Positions 1 through 12,478 of a stretch of 64,000 nt of DNA are shown here, in pieces (the first letter of the stretch is position 1; each line of letters starts with the position of its first letter). Below the pieces are notes generated by a model. It was not told the DNA's origin, did no database searches, and saw only the letters and a list, made by a program, of their open reading frames with translations. The stretch lies in the NCBI RefSeq assembly GCF_016432865.1, contig NC_067400.1, forward strand, positions 485,150,001 to 485,214,000, given 5' to 3'. A program made the translations under genes and the position numbers. Source of the DNA: Antechinus flavipes (lineage: Eukaryota).

Positions 1-251
1 CATCTCTATGTAGGTTTTAGGCTTATATTTCCATTTAAATGTGATTTTTTTTTAAACAACACAGTACTAATCATTCAAAATAACATTAACCAGAGATCTC
101 TCTCACAATGAGATTGTTTAACATGTATCAGAAATATTTTTCTACTAAAAAATAAATCAAAGCAAAAACAAAGTCTTTGGGGGGGGGGGTTACAACATCA
201 TTAGTTCTGTAAATAGCTTCATTAAAAAAATTATTCAAGCATTTTTCAAGT

Positions 252-378
252 CTCTCTCTCTTTGTCTGTCTCTGTCTCTATCTCTGTCTCTGTCTGTCTC
301 TGTTTTTATCTCTCTGTCTCTGTTTTTGTCTGTTTCTGTCTCTATCTCTCATTCTTTCTCTCTTACACACACACGCAC
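252..378. repeat. (TC/TCTG)n low-complexity microsatellite ending in a short (CA)n
   Basis: Direct reading: tctctctctc...tgtctgtctctgtctc...acacacacac. Confidence 0.9.
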
Positions 379-1577
379 ACAAAAATCTAGTTAAAAGAAT
401 GAGATGGCAACTATTTTTAGGCTGAAGTATTTCTTGTCTATAGAGAGAATGCATGTAAAAAGTGTATATTAACTCTTCAAAAAGCCTTTATGCCTGGTAA
501 AACAGATTTTGACAACAAAAGCGGGGAACACAGCAACTTGAATAAGAAGACGGTTTTATTGTTAGTAATGAAACATTTAACAATGTCTGTGACTACTTCT
601 AGAAAAGAATGAGGAAAAGAAGGAAAGAAAGAGGGAAAGAATAAGAGAGAAAAAGCTAAGAGTTGAACCATTATTTGCATCCTAATTTTCACTGAAAATA
701 GAATTCCTATCCTGTTCTCACTTAAAAATCATGGGAGAATTTGTGAATTTGGCTCTGCTTTATGTGTCTGGATACTACTCAATGAAAGGAAAACAGTTCC
801 TTTTGTGAGCTGTTTATTACAATAGCTTTTGGGGCCGAAGTGACAGTGGTACAGAAACAGCCAGGGAAGAATCTTCTAGGGCACAAGCAGCACCAGCTCG
901 ACAAATAACTTTGATTCTGATGATGAAAGTGATAATGTGCAACGGTTGCCTATCCTGATGGCCCCTGTACCTGTAATAAATTCTCTGGTGAATGGGCAAT
1001 ATTCCCCAGCAGACAATCTCATCCATTTTGGCAGAGAGGAGAAACAAGACAGATGATAAATGTGTCTACAGGCCCTACTATAGTTCTGACATCAAGCTCC
1101 ATGGCAGTTCATTTACCTCTCATCATTTGTCTGATTGGCTGATAGACTTGGAAGCAGGAGGAAAAAGGAGTAATCCAGGGAAAAATTTTATTTGTGGAAA
1201 AAGAGATTCAGAAGTATGACTTCCTGAAAATCCACTTCCTCTCTGCTTTCCTTATACAAAATGAACATTGATTCCTTCAATTTACAAGCTTTTCTATCCC
1301 ATCAGACATCTGGCAATTGATCAGATTAATCACACAATCCAAATTTCATCAGCAGTTATGTACCAGATGCCTGGATATTCTTCTTCCTTTCTTAAAGAAT
1401 TTAGTATCTATATCATGGTCTTCTGCTTAACCACAATCTCATTTTCTCTTTTAATAGCAGACCTCAATTTGAATGTTCAAATACTTTGGCCTCTAACATT
1501 CCTCAGTTTCCACAACTAGCATGGCCTTATTCTTCTGTTTGCCTACGATACACAAGGAAAATCATATATATCATCTA

Positions 1578-2885
1578 ATCTTTTTTTTTCTAGTAAAATT
1601 ATTTATTTTTAATACATATTGCTTTATGTGTTGTGATAAGAGAGAAAAGTTACCATAAAAAACGAGGGTGATAAAACAGAAAAAAGAAGTGAATGTGCAT
1701 GTACTGATTTACCTTCAGTCTGCTTAGATCTTTTTTTGTATGCTGATTGCATTTTCTATCTAAAGTTTATTGGGATTACCTTGGATCACTGAACCACTGA
1801 GAAGGACCAAGTCTTTCATAGATAATCATTACACATTCTTGCTCTTATTGTATACAATGTATTCCTTGTTCTGCTTGTTTGACTCAACATCAGTTCATGT
1901 AAATCTTTTCATGCCTTTCTAAATCATCTTGTTAATCATTTTTTAGAGAGCAATACAATTCCATTACTGCCATATACCACAACTGGTTCAGCTATTCCCC
2001 AATTGATGGGCATTTATTCATTTTCCAGTTTTTTGCTACCACAAAAAGAATTGCAACAAACAGTTTTGCACATATGGGTCCTTTCCCCTCCTTTATGATT
2101 TCCTTGGTATATAGACCCAATAATGGCACTGTTGGATCAAAGGGTAGGCATAGTTTTGTAACCCTTTGGACATAGTTCCAGATTATTCTCCAGAATGTTT
2201 GGATCATTTCACAATTCCACCAGCAATGCATTAGTGTCCCAGTTTTCCCACATCTCCTCCTGTTATGAAGCAGAACTTGAAACAGGGTGCTAGGTCACTG
2301 GAATTGATAGAAACAATGCTTATGTACTTGGTTCACACCTTTGGAGTTCACACCTTTGGGAGAGTTCACACATTATGTCACACCTTAAAGTTCACACCTC
2401 TCATACCTTTAGAGTTCACACCTTCAAGAGATCATATATTAAGGAACTCCCACAAACCCACTAGAGACTTCAGGAGATTCACAAGTCAGGATTCAGTGGA
2501 GGAGATTCACAAGTCACAGCTCCCACAAGCCCACTCTCTTGGAGGAAGAGTCAGATCCATTTGATATTCCACCATTGTGCTGGCTGGAGGCTTTGGATTC
2601 AGAGGGAGCTGGAGGCTGAAGCTGGAAGAGACAAAGGACTAGCAACAAGAGCTTTCAGAACCAAGGAAAGCTAATTGTCTATTTTGGAAGAGACAATAAA
2701 GGACTGGACTTTAACAGCTGGCTGGATTTGAGGTGATTATTACACAGAATTGCAAGGAAAGCTTCCTCCAGAAGCCCCCAAGAAACCTGCTCCCAGAGAA
2801 CATTATAATTTAGAGAAGAGAACACTACACCCTCCAACATTTATCATTATATTTTTCTGTCATCTTGTCCAATCTAAGATGTGAC
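1578..2885 (-). mobile_element. LINE-1 3' fragment (ORF2 C-terminus + 3'UTR), interrupted by a solo LTR
   Basis: ORF 1992-2231(-) reads MHCWWNC...PFDPTVPLLGLYTKEI...CPSIGE, the L1 ORF2 C-terminal cysteine-rich region. T-rich tail at about 1580. L1 sequence resumes at 2830 (cctccaacatttatcattat). Confidence 0.9.
2261..2829 (+). mobile_element. Solo ERV LTR (569 bp) nested in L1
   Basis: TG...CA termini (tgttatg...actaca), a 6-bp near-TSD tcctcc/ccctcc (2255-2260 / 2830-2835), AATAAA at about 2695, and L1 sequence collinear on both sides. Confidence 0.85.
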
Positions 2886-3139
2886 TTAATTTCATCTTGA
2901 CCCCAAAATCTTCTACTTCTATGATTTTTTGAATTTTGAAATTTCTTTATCCAACCATTATCTCCTATTATGCCATTTCTCCCTATGTCTCCTCTTCTCC
3001 TTATCATATGCCTGTGAATGATGCTGGAAAAAGTCACACAACCATACTGATAGGATACACTACATATTTTCATTGTCTAATATAAATTAGGCATTCCCTG
3101 ACACAGGTAATTCTTTTGATAAATAATAGTTAATTCTCT

Positions 3140-3254
3140 GCAAGCTAAGTGGCACAGTAACTAGGGGTCTAGGCTTAGAGTCAGGAAGACTCAACTTCTT
3201 GAATTCAGATCCAGCCTCAGACACTTACTAGCTACATGACCCTGGGAAAGAAAT
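3140..3254 (+). mobile_element. Mar1-like CORE-SINE, 5' half (3' half at 6061-6195)
   Basis: gctaagtggcacagt...gagtcaggaagactc...gaattcagatccagcctcagacacttactagct...gaccctgg matches the tRNA head and CORE of marsupial SINEs. Confidence 0.8.
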
Positions 3255-3261
3255 TCAACTC

Positions 3262-6060
3262 TTTTTACCTTTCTGCATTCGATTTTGATATTGTTATGCC
3301 CTAATGCATGGTCAATTTTTGTATAGGTTCCATGTACAACTAAGAAAAATATATATTCCTTTCTGTTTTCATTCAATTTTCTCCAAAGGTCTATCATCCC
3401 TAACTTTTATATGATTCTATTTACCTTGTTAACTTCTTTCTTATTAATTTGTGGTTCAATTTAACTGGTTCTGAGAAAGCAAGGTTGAGATCCCCCCACT
3501 AGTATAGTTTTGTGTCTAATTCTTCTTGCAGCTCTCTTAACTTCTCCTCTAAGAATTTAGATGCTATACACTTGGTGTATATATATTTAGTATTGATATT
3601 ACTTCATTATCTATGGTACCTTTAAGTGTGATGTAGTTTCCTTCTTTATCTATTTTATTTAGATCTACTTTTTTCTTTTGCTTGATGTGAGATCAGGATT
3701 GCTACCCCTACTTTGTTTTTACCTCAGCTGAAGCATAATAGATACTGCTCCAGCCTTTTACCTTTACTCTAAATGTATCATTCTGCTCTAAATGAGTTTC
3801 TTGTAAACAATAAATCATAAGATTCTGGCTTTTATTCCAGTCTGCTATCTGCTTCCATTTTATGGGAGAGTTGATCCCTTTCATATTCACAAATAAAATT
3901 AATAATTCTATAATTCCTGCCATTTTGTTTACCCCGAGTTATACTTGTCTCTTCCCTTTTCCCCTTTCTCTCCTCCCCAGTATTTTATCACTGATCACCC
4001 CCTCCCTTAAACCAGGTCTCCTCTTTTACAGCCCCTCACCCTTTCTTATACCTTTTCCCTTCTACTTCTGTTACCCTCCCACTTTCCTTTTCCTCCTTCC
4101 CTTCCTATTTCCCTATAGGATGAATAGTTGCACCCTATTTAGCTTCTCTGTGGAGCTAAATGTGTCCAATATTCTCTCTTTGAGCCAAATCTGACGGGAG
4201 TAAGATTCTCTTACTTACAAGCTCAACCCCTTCCCTCTTTCCTTCAATTGCAATAGGTCTCTTTTGCCTCCTCATGAGTTCACCCCGTTTTAACCCCATT
4301 TTCCTCTTCTTCCTCTAGTTTCTTTTTTTTAATTATCACAATAAAAATCAAATTACACAACCATAACAAAGTACAGATCTTTTTAACTTTTAAAAGCAAG
4401 TTATTTTTCCCCTTTTTAAAAACCTTTTTATGCTTCTCTTGAGAACTGTATTTGAAGATCAAATTTTCTATTGAATTCTGGTCTTTTCAAAAGAAATAGA
4501 GGAAATTCACATGTTTCATTGAATGTCCATTTTTTCCTGAAAGATGATGCTCAGTTTTGCTGGATAATTGATTCTTGGCTACAGTCCAAGTTCATTTACC
4601 TTTCATAATATCAGATTGCATGCCCTTCAATCTTTAAAAGTAGAAGCTGCTAAGTCCTAAGTAATCCTGATTGTGGCACCTCAGTATTTGAATTGTTTCC
4701 TTCTGGCTGCTTGCAATATTTTCTCCTTGATTTGATAACTCTAAAATTTAGCTATGATGTTCCTTGGAGTTTTTTTTTTGGGGGGGGGGTCTTCTTTCAA
4801 GAGGTGATCAATGAATTCTTTCAATTGCTATTTTACCCTCTGATTGTAGGAAATCCAGGCAGTTTTCCTTTATGATTTTCTGAAAGATCATGTGTAGGGT
4901 CTTTTTTTTCATCATGGTGTTCAAGAAGTCTAATAATTCTTAGATTGTCTCTCCCAGATCTATTTTCCAGGTCAGTTTTTCCAATGAGGTATTTTGCATT
5001 TTCTTCTATTTTTTTCTTTTTTCTTTTCTTTTTTTTTTTTTTTTGGTTTTGTTTGATTGATTCTTGAAGTCTCATTGAGTCATTCACTTCCATTTGTTTA
5101 ATTGTAATTTTAGTGAATTATTTTCTTCAGTTATCATTTTTATTTCATTTTTGCATTTGGCCAATTAAACTTTTATATGAAGTATTTTGTTCATTGTATT
5201 TTTTTTTCCATTTCACAGATTTTGCTTTTCAAAGAATTGATTTCCTTTTCATACCTATTTGGTAAGAAGTTACATGCTTTTTCCATTTCATCAAGTCTAT
5301 TTTAAAGGAGTTTTCCTCAGACAATTTCTGGTTTTCCTTTTCTATACCCTCTTGCAAAGATCTCATTTCCTTCCCCATTTTTCTTCTAACTCTCTTTTGA
5401 ATTCTTCCAAGAGAGCCTTGTAAAATAGGAACTAATTTATATCACTCTTCAGGGCTTCAACTGGAGCTGATTTGCCTTTAGGATCCTCAGGGTATGAGGT
5501 CTGTTCATCTATAGTCAGAATTCTTTTTACTTTTTTGCTCATTTTTTTTAAAGGTTGAGTTCTGCTCTTATGGCAAAAAAGTTAACGGGCACTTTAGTTT
5601 GCTCTGAGGTGGTTCTGCTGACTGACTTCTGGTACTGGCAAACGCAGCCAGATCTCACATTCTTCCAGGGCTCAGTGGCTCACAATTTGCCTTTTCTATT
5701 TGCTTCTGAGTGTCTCACAGGAAATCTGCTGAACTACCCATTTGCAACCAGAACAGAGTAGCTTAAGAGCCTCATGATAGATTCCCAGGTGCTTGGACAC
5801 TTCAATGCCCCGGTCTCTACCCTAGCTCCCTACCCCAGGCTCCTGGCTCTGTAGTCTGGGCTCGACAGCCTCTCCCCCTGCCCAATTGAAACAGAACTTT
5901 TCTGAAGTTCTACCAAGGTATCTTCCTATGGAAATTTGTTGTACTCCAAATTCTGCCACTCCAAAACAAATTTAGAGGCTTAATCTACTGTTGGTTTGAG
6001 GGAATCTCAGAGGAGGTCAGATAGAGATGTGTCTACTATCTTCCATCTTGGCTCCACCCC
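3262..6060 (-). mobile_element. LINE-1 5' portion (5'UTR, ORF1, start of the ORF2 endonuclease domain), 3'-truncated and degenerate
   Basis: 5' start GGGGTGGAGCCAAGATGG (reverse complement at 6043-6060). ORF1 remnant ...LENRSGRDNLRII (4833-5093). Endonuclease remnants ...CLQETHL...VKVKGWSSIYYAS (3708-3923) and HGTYTKIDHALGH (3191-3397). No RT domain or tail. Confidence 0.9.
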
Positions 6061-6195
6061 TCAACTTTGTTTGCCTCAGTTTCATCATCTATAAAATTAG
6101 CTGAAGAAGGAAATGGTAAAGTGCCCTAGTATCTTTGCCAAGAAAGCCACAGAGAAAACATAAAAAGTGGGGCAGGACATAAAATGACTAAACAA
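6061..6195 (+). mobile_element. Mar1-like CORE-SINE, 3' half
   Basis: tttgtttgcctcagtttc...gctgaagaaggaaatggtaaa...ccagtatctttgccaagaaa-like sequence continues the SINE broken at 3254. Confidence 0.75.
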
Positions 6196-6339
6196 AAAAT
6201 CAATTCTGTATTGTGTTCTCCTAAGAGCTGTTCTAAGTGCTTTCTTTTTTTTTTTTCAAGCCTCAAATACCACTCCATCCCCTATAATGTTAAGCTGAAG
6301 ACTTTACTTAATACTTTAATGAGAAAATAGATTCCATTT

Positions 6340-6600
6340 TCCTTGAGTGTTCACTTTTCTCCTTCTCTACTCCTCAAACCCCTTAATATTCCCCATTCTC
6401 ACATTCTTTTATCCAGTCTCTAATACAAACATAGCCCCTAGCACGATTAATTCCTCTACTTGTACCCTTGATCTCATTCCATTCTATCCTTCCATCTACT
6501 CTGATAGATTGCCCCATGCAATCAGATCCTCCTTCAATGTTTCCTGTTTACTGGTGTATACTTTCTTGCTGACACACAATCCATCCTGCAATCCATCATC
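6340..6600 (+). mobile_element. L2 LINE fragment (old)
   Basis: ccctctacttgtacccttgatctcattcc-like L2 ORF2 remnant, recalled from the consensus. Confidence 0.5.
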
Positions 6601-6699
6601 TTAAAAATATGTACATACACATTGACACCCACATACAGACACACTATTGTTCTATCTCTCTCCTTTTTACAGTCAAAATCCTAAAAACAGTAACATTTA

Positions 6700-6930
6700 T
6701 TATAATAATGATACTATTATAATGATTTATTGTACTGACATAATAAGCATTTATATAATGCTTTAAGATTTAGAAAGCATGATATGTTAAATCATTTGAT
6801 CCTCACTACAATTTCATAAACTCCACTTTACAAGAAACTGAGTCTGAGAGACTTGACCCAAATCAGCTAGTTTCTGAGGCAGCATTTGAAGTCAAATCTT
6901 CCTGACTCCATATCTAACATTCTGTCCTAG
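6700..6930 (-). mobile_element. MIR-family SINE
   Basis: catttgatcctcac...gaaactgagtctgagag...gcagcatttgaagtcaaatcttcctgactcc. Confidence 0.7.
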
Positions 6931-7074
6931 GAGAGCAGATGGAAACTATCCATCTTCATTACTTCCATTTAGCTCCACTTTAACTTAGGCTGCATCAGGG
7001 TGACCAGAAATAGAGAGTGCAGTAATCATTCCAGTATACTCTACCTTTAACCATCTCCCCTCAGTTTGACCCAT

Positions 7075-7230
7075 ATCTTGCCACTGGACCTAGATGACTC
7101 CAGAGGAGAAAGTGGAACTGGTGATTTTGCATAACTCTCCCTTACTAAAATCAATTTCACTTGAATTTCAGAGCTTCACCTCCCTGATATCATGTTCCTC
7201 TTCCAGAATGAAGAACAAACAACCAAACAG
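7075..7230 (-). mobile_element. WALLSI4-like (RTE-associated) marsupial SINE fragment
   Basis: cttgccactggacctagatgactccagaggagaaag...ttcctcttccagaatgaagaacaaacaac; homologous to the copies at 36220 and 37390. Confidence 0.65.
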
Positions 7231-7464
7231 GAACAACTGCCTCTTGGATCTTTCAAATTAGATAACCCATTTTCAAACTCAACATAACCAATAAAAGAAG
7301 CATTATCTTTCAACTAAAAAGTATTCCTCTTTTCAACTTCCCCATTTTGTCAATGGTATCTCTATGTTACTAAGCATCAAGGTCCTCAACCTCTGAATCA
7401 TCCCCAATACCTTAATTTCTCTCACCCCACACATCTAATCAGTTGCCAAGTCTTATTGATTCTA

Positions 7465-8123
7465 TATTATTCCAGGCCTAGCCTAATCTAATCTAGTGCA
7501 ATGACTAAGACTCCAGAGTTAAAATACACTGAGCAACTTATGGACCATAAAATGCAATAAAAACAACTTTATTAACAAAAGATTAGATGATTACAACTTC
7601 AACATTAAAGGAAAATAAAAAGCTATTCCTCTCTATAGTCAACTTAGCATCCAGCCAGCTATGTGAGGAAGGAATCTTTCTTACAGCAGAAAGAAGTCTG
7701 ATAAAATTTCTTACACCATTTCCTCCCAAGCTGGGTCTCATACTCAAGTGGCAAGCAATCCAAACAGCCTCTGCTACTCTTTCCCCAACTCCCAGCCATA
7801 GGGTCAGCCTAAAGCACTTGCTACTGAATACATAACCAGTGTCCAGAGCACTGGGTGACATTACCCATAGAAAAAGAACAAAGAAGAAAAGAGGAGAAAG
7901 AGGAGAGGAAAAGAAACAGTAGAAGCTTTGGTTGCAACAGAGTGGGAGTACAAACTCCACTCCCTGTGATGTACAAGCACAGCAACCAGATCACTTCTCT
8001 TCAGATCCCAGGGCCCCACTCCACACACACATAAATAGCAAGGCTCCTACTTTGGCCCTTATCTTAGTGATGAGGTCCAAATTTTTTCTAGAAATCTCCC
8101 ACCACTAAAATAATCTTAAAACA
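7465..8123 (-). mobile_element. Possible old LTR inserted in an L2 remnant
   Basis: Reverse poly(A) signal (tttatt at about 7568), a right end that reads TGTTTTAAG on the minus strand, and an interruption of L2-like sequence. Left end and TSD not found. Confidence 0.3.
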
Positions 8124-8454
8124 ACTTTCAAAGCTCAAGAATGATAGTCATATGCATGTAAGAACATAAAACAAAGTAAACAAACTTTCTAAATGGGGGA
8201 GAAATAGGAGGGGCAGTTAATAATTAGTCTACTTTATTACTGGATTTCTTACAGTCTTCTTAGGTCCAAACAATTATGATAACTAAGAGTATCATCAGGA
8301 ATGTCAAATCTAAAGAGCAAATGACCATTGCATCAATGTCCTTGGATCCTATCACATGCATGATGTGATACATCTGTATTGAAATAATTAAGACATAAGC
8401 CTCTTGGATGCCACCTATCCCCAGGCCTAAGTTGACACTGGGAGAATATCTGTA

Positions 8455-8725
8455 CTGTCCTCATTCAATGTCCCACGTCCACCAACCAACTCATCCCAAA
8501 AGGAGGGATTGCTAGTGCCTACCTTCCCCAAAATTACCTTTGGCTTTATTTTGTGTATATATTTAATTTGTAATTGAATATAGTTTTCATATATATGCAT
8601 TGCTTCCCCCCATTGAATGTTCCCTGAGGGGAGGAACATGTTCATTTTTGTTTCTGTATTTCCAGCTTCTAACACAGTACCATGCACATAACGCTTGTGG
8701 CTTCATTGATTTTTTTATTAATTGA
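8455..8725 (+). mobile_element. L2 3' end
   Basis: ...tttgtttctgtatttccagcttctaacacagtaccatgcacata... is a typical L2 3' terminus. Confidence 0.65.
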
Positions 8726-9369
8726 TCCTTTCAACGAGGGACTTCAGCATCCCTCTGTTCTCCATTTGACCATACCTCTCCAATGCTCAAAGACTCTTTA
8801 TTGCCTACCCATGAAAATTCTCTACCCAACTTCCTAATTTTATCTCATACTGTTTTCCATCATACAATATTATATATACATATATATATTACAGATAACA
8901 CCCAAGCTTTCTAACCTTTTATTGTAATATTTTAACATGTAATATATAATATAATATTCCCACACTCATGTGTCTCCCTTGCCCTCTTCTTGCCTTTAGA
9001 TGACTTCTCCTTTATTTGAAAAGACTTTCTTCTATCCTGCCCATTTTTCATGGTCCAGACCAGATATTATAACCTTTTTGTAGCATTCCCTAATTTCCTC
9101 ATATATAAATATGCTTTTCTCCCCTTTAACCTAGAATTACATTATGTTTCCTCTTATTAACTTGTGATGTTATTTTTCTAATGTCAATATTGTTATATGT
9201 TGATGCTCTTCCTTCTGCCTCCCTCCCAGCTAGATATCCAAGATCCATTACAGTAAAGACCCTGGCCTATTTGTCTTGGTTTTTCCTCAATAAATGGTAC
9301 AATGATATACACTAGAAAATGTATAAAATATTTGTTAAATTGAAATGAATTTAGGCTAACAAGTTATCA

Positions 9370-10345
9370 AAAAATAATAGATTTATAGATGAAAGGTACA
9401 TTGGGGATAATCTAATCTAAATCCTTTATTTTCATATGAGGAACTAAAGCCCAGAGAGAATAAATGATTTCCCCCAGTGTCATACATTTTAGAAATTCCT
9501 GAAGCAAGATTTGAACCAAAGATTTTCTGAATCTAAAACCAATACTCTATCCCCCATACCAGTGCAGGCAGTGAGCCAGGAGAACAAAAATCCGAAATTG
9601 TTCTCTCTAGTTGGCTCTCTCTCTAGAGGGTCAGATTTCCACCTCAAATGATTTTTTGTCACATTGGGATGGCTACTGAATGATGGCACATTTAGTTTCA
9701 TAAAGAAAAAGTCACAGAAAGAACACTAGCATTGGCAGGGATCTCCAAATCTTTAGCCAACTGGAATTTAATATATTGTAGATGAATAACTACTTGTTCA
9801 AATAACAGCTTACTGGTGACTATAGGGAGAGAGAGTTATTGGATAATCCCACCACATAATGTGTACCATATGAATTTTACACTGGCCCTATTAAGTATTT
9901 ATTTTTCCCAGTAGTTAATATGCTAGTAATAATATCTCACATTTGAATGACATTTGATATTTTTCAGAGTATTTTCCTCTGTAGTGCTTTATTTGAACTT
10001 CACAACAGCTATGTGAGGTAGGGAGGGCTGGTATGACCATACCCATTCTGTAGAGGATTAAATCAAGTTTCAAAAAGGTTAAGCAACTATTACAGGTAAG
10101 GGACACAGTGAAAAGAATATTGGTCCTGGAGTCAGGAAGCCCTGAGTCCAAATTCAGCCTCAGGTACTTAATTAGCTGTGTGACAATGCACAAATCACTT
10201 AACCTCTGTTTTCCTTAATTTCCTTGTCTATAAAATAGGGGCATCTACCTCCTAGGGTTCTTAGGTAGATCAAATGAAATAATAATCATAACACCATTAA
10301 CACAATGCCTAACACATATTAAGTATTATATAAATGTTACTTGTT
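9370..10345. mobile_element. Cluster of three MIR/MIR3 SINEs (about 9370-9560 minus, 9930-10095 minus, 10100-10345 plus)
   Basis: CORE motifs such as ggagtcaggaagccctgagtccaaattcagcctcag...gctgtgtgac. Confidence 0.7.
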
Positions 10346-10936
10346 AAATAATAGTTATTACAAATAATAGTTCTTATATAGTATTCTTATATACAGAATT
10401 ATAATAGTAGTTATACTTGATATATTTTATTATAAATATTAGTTATTATATAAATATTATTATTATCTTGCCTATAATCATGATTGTAAGTAATAAAGTC
10501 AGAACTGAAATCCAGGGTTCCTAATTCCTAGTTCTATGCTCTTTTTAAGATACCACACTGACTCCTGATACCAATAAAAAAAAAAAAATCTTTTTTTAGA
10601 TAGTAAAGATTCAGCCCTGGGGGTAACATAATTGGAAGTATAGTACCTTAGTGAGTATCCAATCCAACTTGTTCATTTTGTAGACAAAGAAATAGAAACC
10701 AAACAGAGTAAGTGATCTTTCCAAGACCAACAGTCACACAGTAAATAGAAGAGGTTGGTTTCAAAGGCACTCCTTTACTTCCAGCACTTACTTCCTTATT
10801 TCGTCTAGAACAAGGCAAGTTCAAAACCCCTCCTAACCTGGTCTCCTCCTCCTTTCCTTCTTCTACTTTACTCAGCTATTTGAGATCAATGACATTGGCT
10901 TCCTTCCTGTTCCTTAGTCAAGACCCTCCATTTCTT

Positions 10937-11587
10937 TTCTTTTTTTAAATAATAAATTTTTATTTTCAAAATATATACAAAGATAGTTTCCAACATTTAC
11001 CCTTGAAAACCCCTGTGTTTCTCCCTTCCCCCCACCCTCTCCACTAGACATCAAATATTCTACTTTATGTTAAACATGCACAATTTTTCTATACATGTTT
11101 CCACATTTATCATGCTGTACAAGAAAAATCAGATCAAAAAGGGAAAAAAGAAAAAAGAAGCAAGCAAACAACAATAACAGTAAATGTGAAAATATTATGG
11201 TGTGATACATATTTAGTCTCCATAAATCTCTTTCTAAATGCAGATGGCTCTCTCCACCACAAGTTTATTGGAACTGGCCTGAATCACCTCATTGTTGAAA
11301 AGATCCAAGTCCATCACAATTGAACATCACATAATCTTATTGTTACTATGTACAATGTTCTCTTGGTTCTACTCACTCCACTCATCATCAGTTCATGTAA
11401 GTCTCTCTAAGTCTTTCTGAAATCATGCTGCTGGTTATTTCTTAAAGAACAATAATATTTCAATACACTCATATACAATAATGAATTCAGCCATTCCCCA
11501 ATTGATGGTCATCCACTCAGTTTCCAGTTCCTTGCCACTAAAAAAAAAAAAAAAAAAATGGCTGCTACAAGCATTTTTGCGCATGTG
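10937..11587 (-). mobile_element. 5'-truncated LINE-1 3' end with a 16-bp TSD, inserted in L2
   Basis: TSD agaccctccatttctt at 10921-10936 and 11588-11603, a TT/AAGAAA endonuclease site on the minus strand, L1 3'UTR, and L2 sequence on both flanks. Confidence 0.92.
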
Positions 11588-12364
11588 AGACCCTCCATTT
11601 CTTAACTCTGTATATTTAAGCTGTTTCCCTCATCTATAAAATTCCCACACTCCTCATTCCTATCTATTGGCTTCTTTCAAGTGCCAGTGAAAAATCATAT
11701 CTTCTAAAAGAAGCTTTCCCTGATCCCCCTTAATACTTGTGACTTTTTTCTTGGATTATTTCCAATTTCTTATCTATATATTTACAAATATAGATATAGA
11801 TATACACATATCCCTTTTGTATATAACTGTTTGCATTTTTTTCTACTCTAAATCTGAAGGCATCCATAAAACGATTTTTAAAATCATAAATGCAAACCAA
11901 AAAAATATCTGGTTGATAGGATTCAAATTTAGACATGCCAATATACTACCACATAATCTCTGAAAGTCTTGTAGAAATGTGTGGTTTATGGGGAAGAATT
12001 AGCACATTAAACCCTTAATGCCTTATGTTGAATTAATATGTCAGATTAGTTAGGCAGTCATTTAAGAGATCTTAAGAAAAAGGACAAGTGACAGGAAGAG
12101 GGAAGAGAGTAGACCTTTCAGTTCCTTATGAACAGTTCTCCATTTCTCATTTCCCCGATTTTGCTTTGACCATTCCTCATTCCTGAAAAGTACACCTCTT
12201 CTACTGTACCTCACAGAATACTTCTCTTCCTTTAAACCTCACTCAAGCACTACCGTATCCAAGAAGCCTTCCTTAATGCTCCCAACTATTAGTGAACTTT
12301 CTCTCCTTAATTACTTTGTTTTTAATTACCTTTTATTTTATTTTATATTATTTTGGTTTACATG

Positions 12365-12444
12365 ATTTATATATACATATGTATGTATACAGTAACATAT
12401 ATACACCTGTTACATATATATACATGTATGTATATATACATACA

Positions 12445-12475
<31 letters not shown>

Positions 12476-12478
12476 GTA
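12365..12478. repeat. (TA)/(CA)/(TG) mixed microsatellite inside an L2 3' remnant (about 12180-12850)
   Basis: Direct reading; L2 terminus gcacagtgcttggcacataatag at about 12803. Confidence 0.85.

Noticed and set aside
2331-2424. Short direct repeats with variable spacers resembling a CRISPR array
   Set aside because: Repeats are 8-11 bp with 2-10 bp spacers, inside an ERV LTR in a mammalian genome, with no cas genes
7583-7960. 125-aa minus-strand ORF
   Set aside because: Low-complexity F/L/S-rich translation of a purine tract within a probable old LTR
10320-10470. AT-rich quasi-periodic tract
   Set aside because: Degenerate expansion of the adjacent MIR tail; ordinary low complexity
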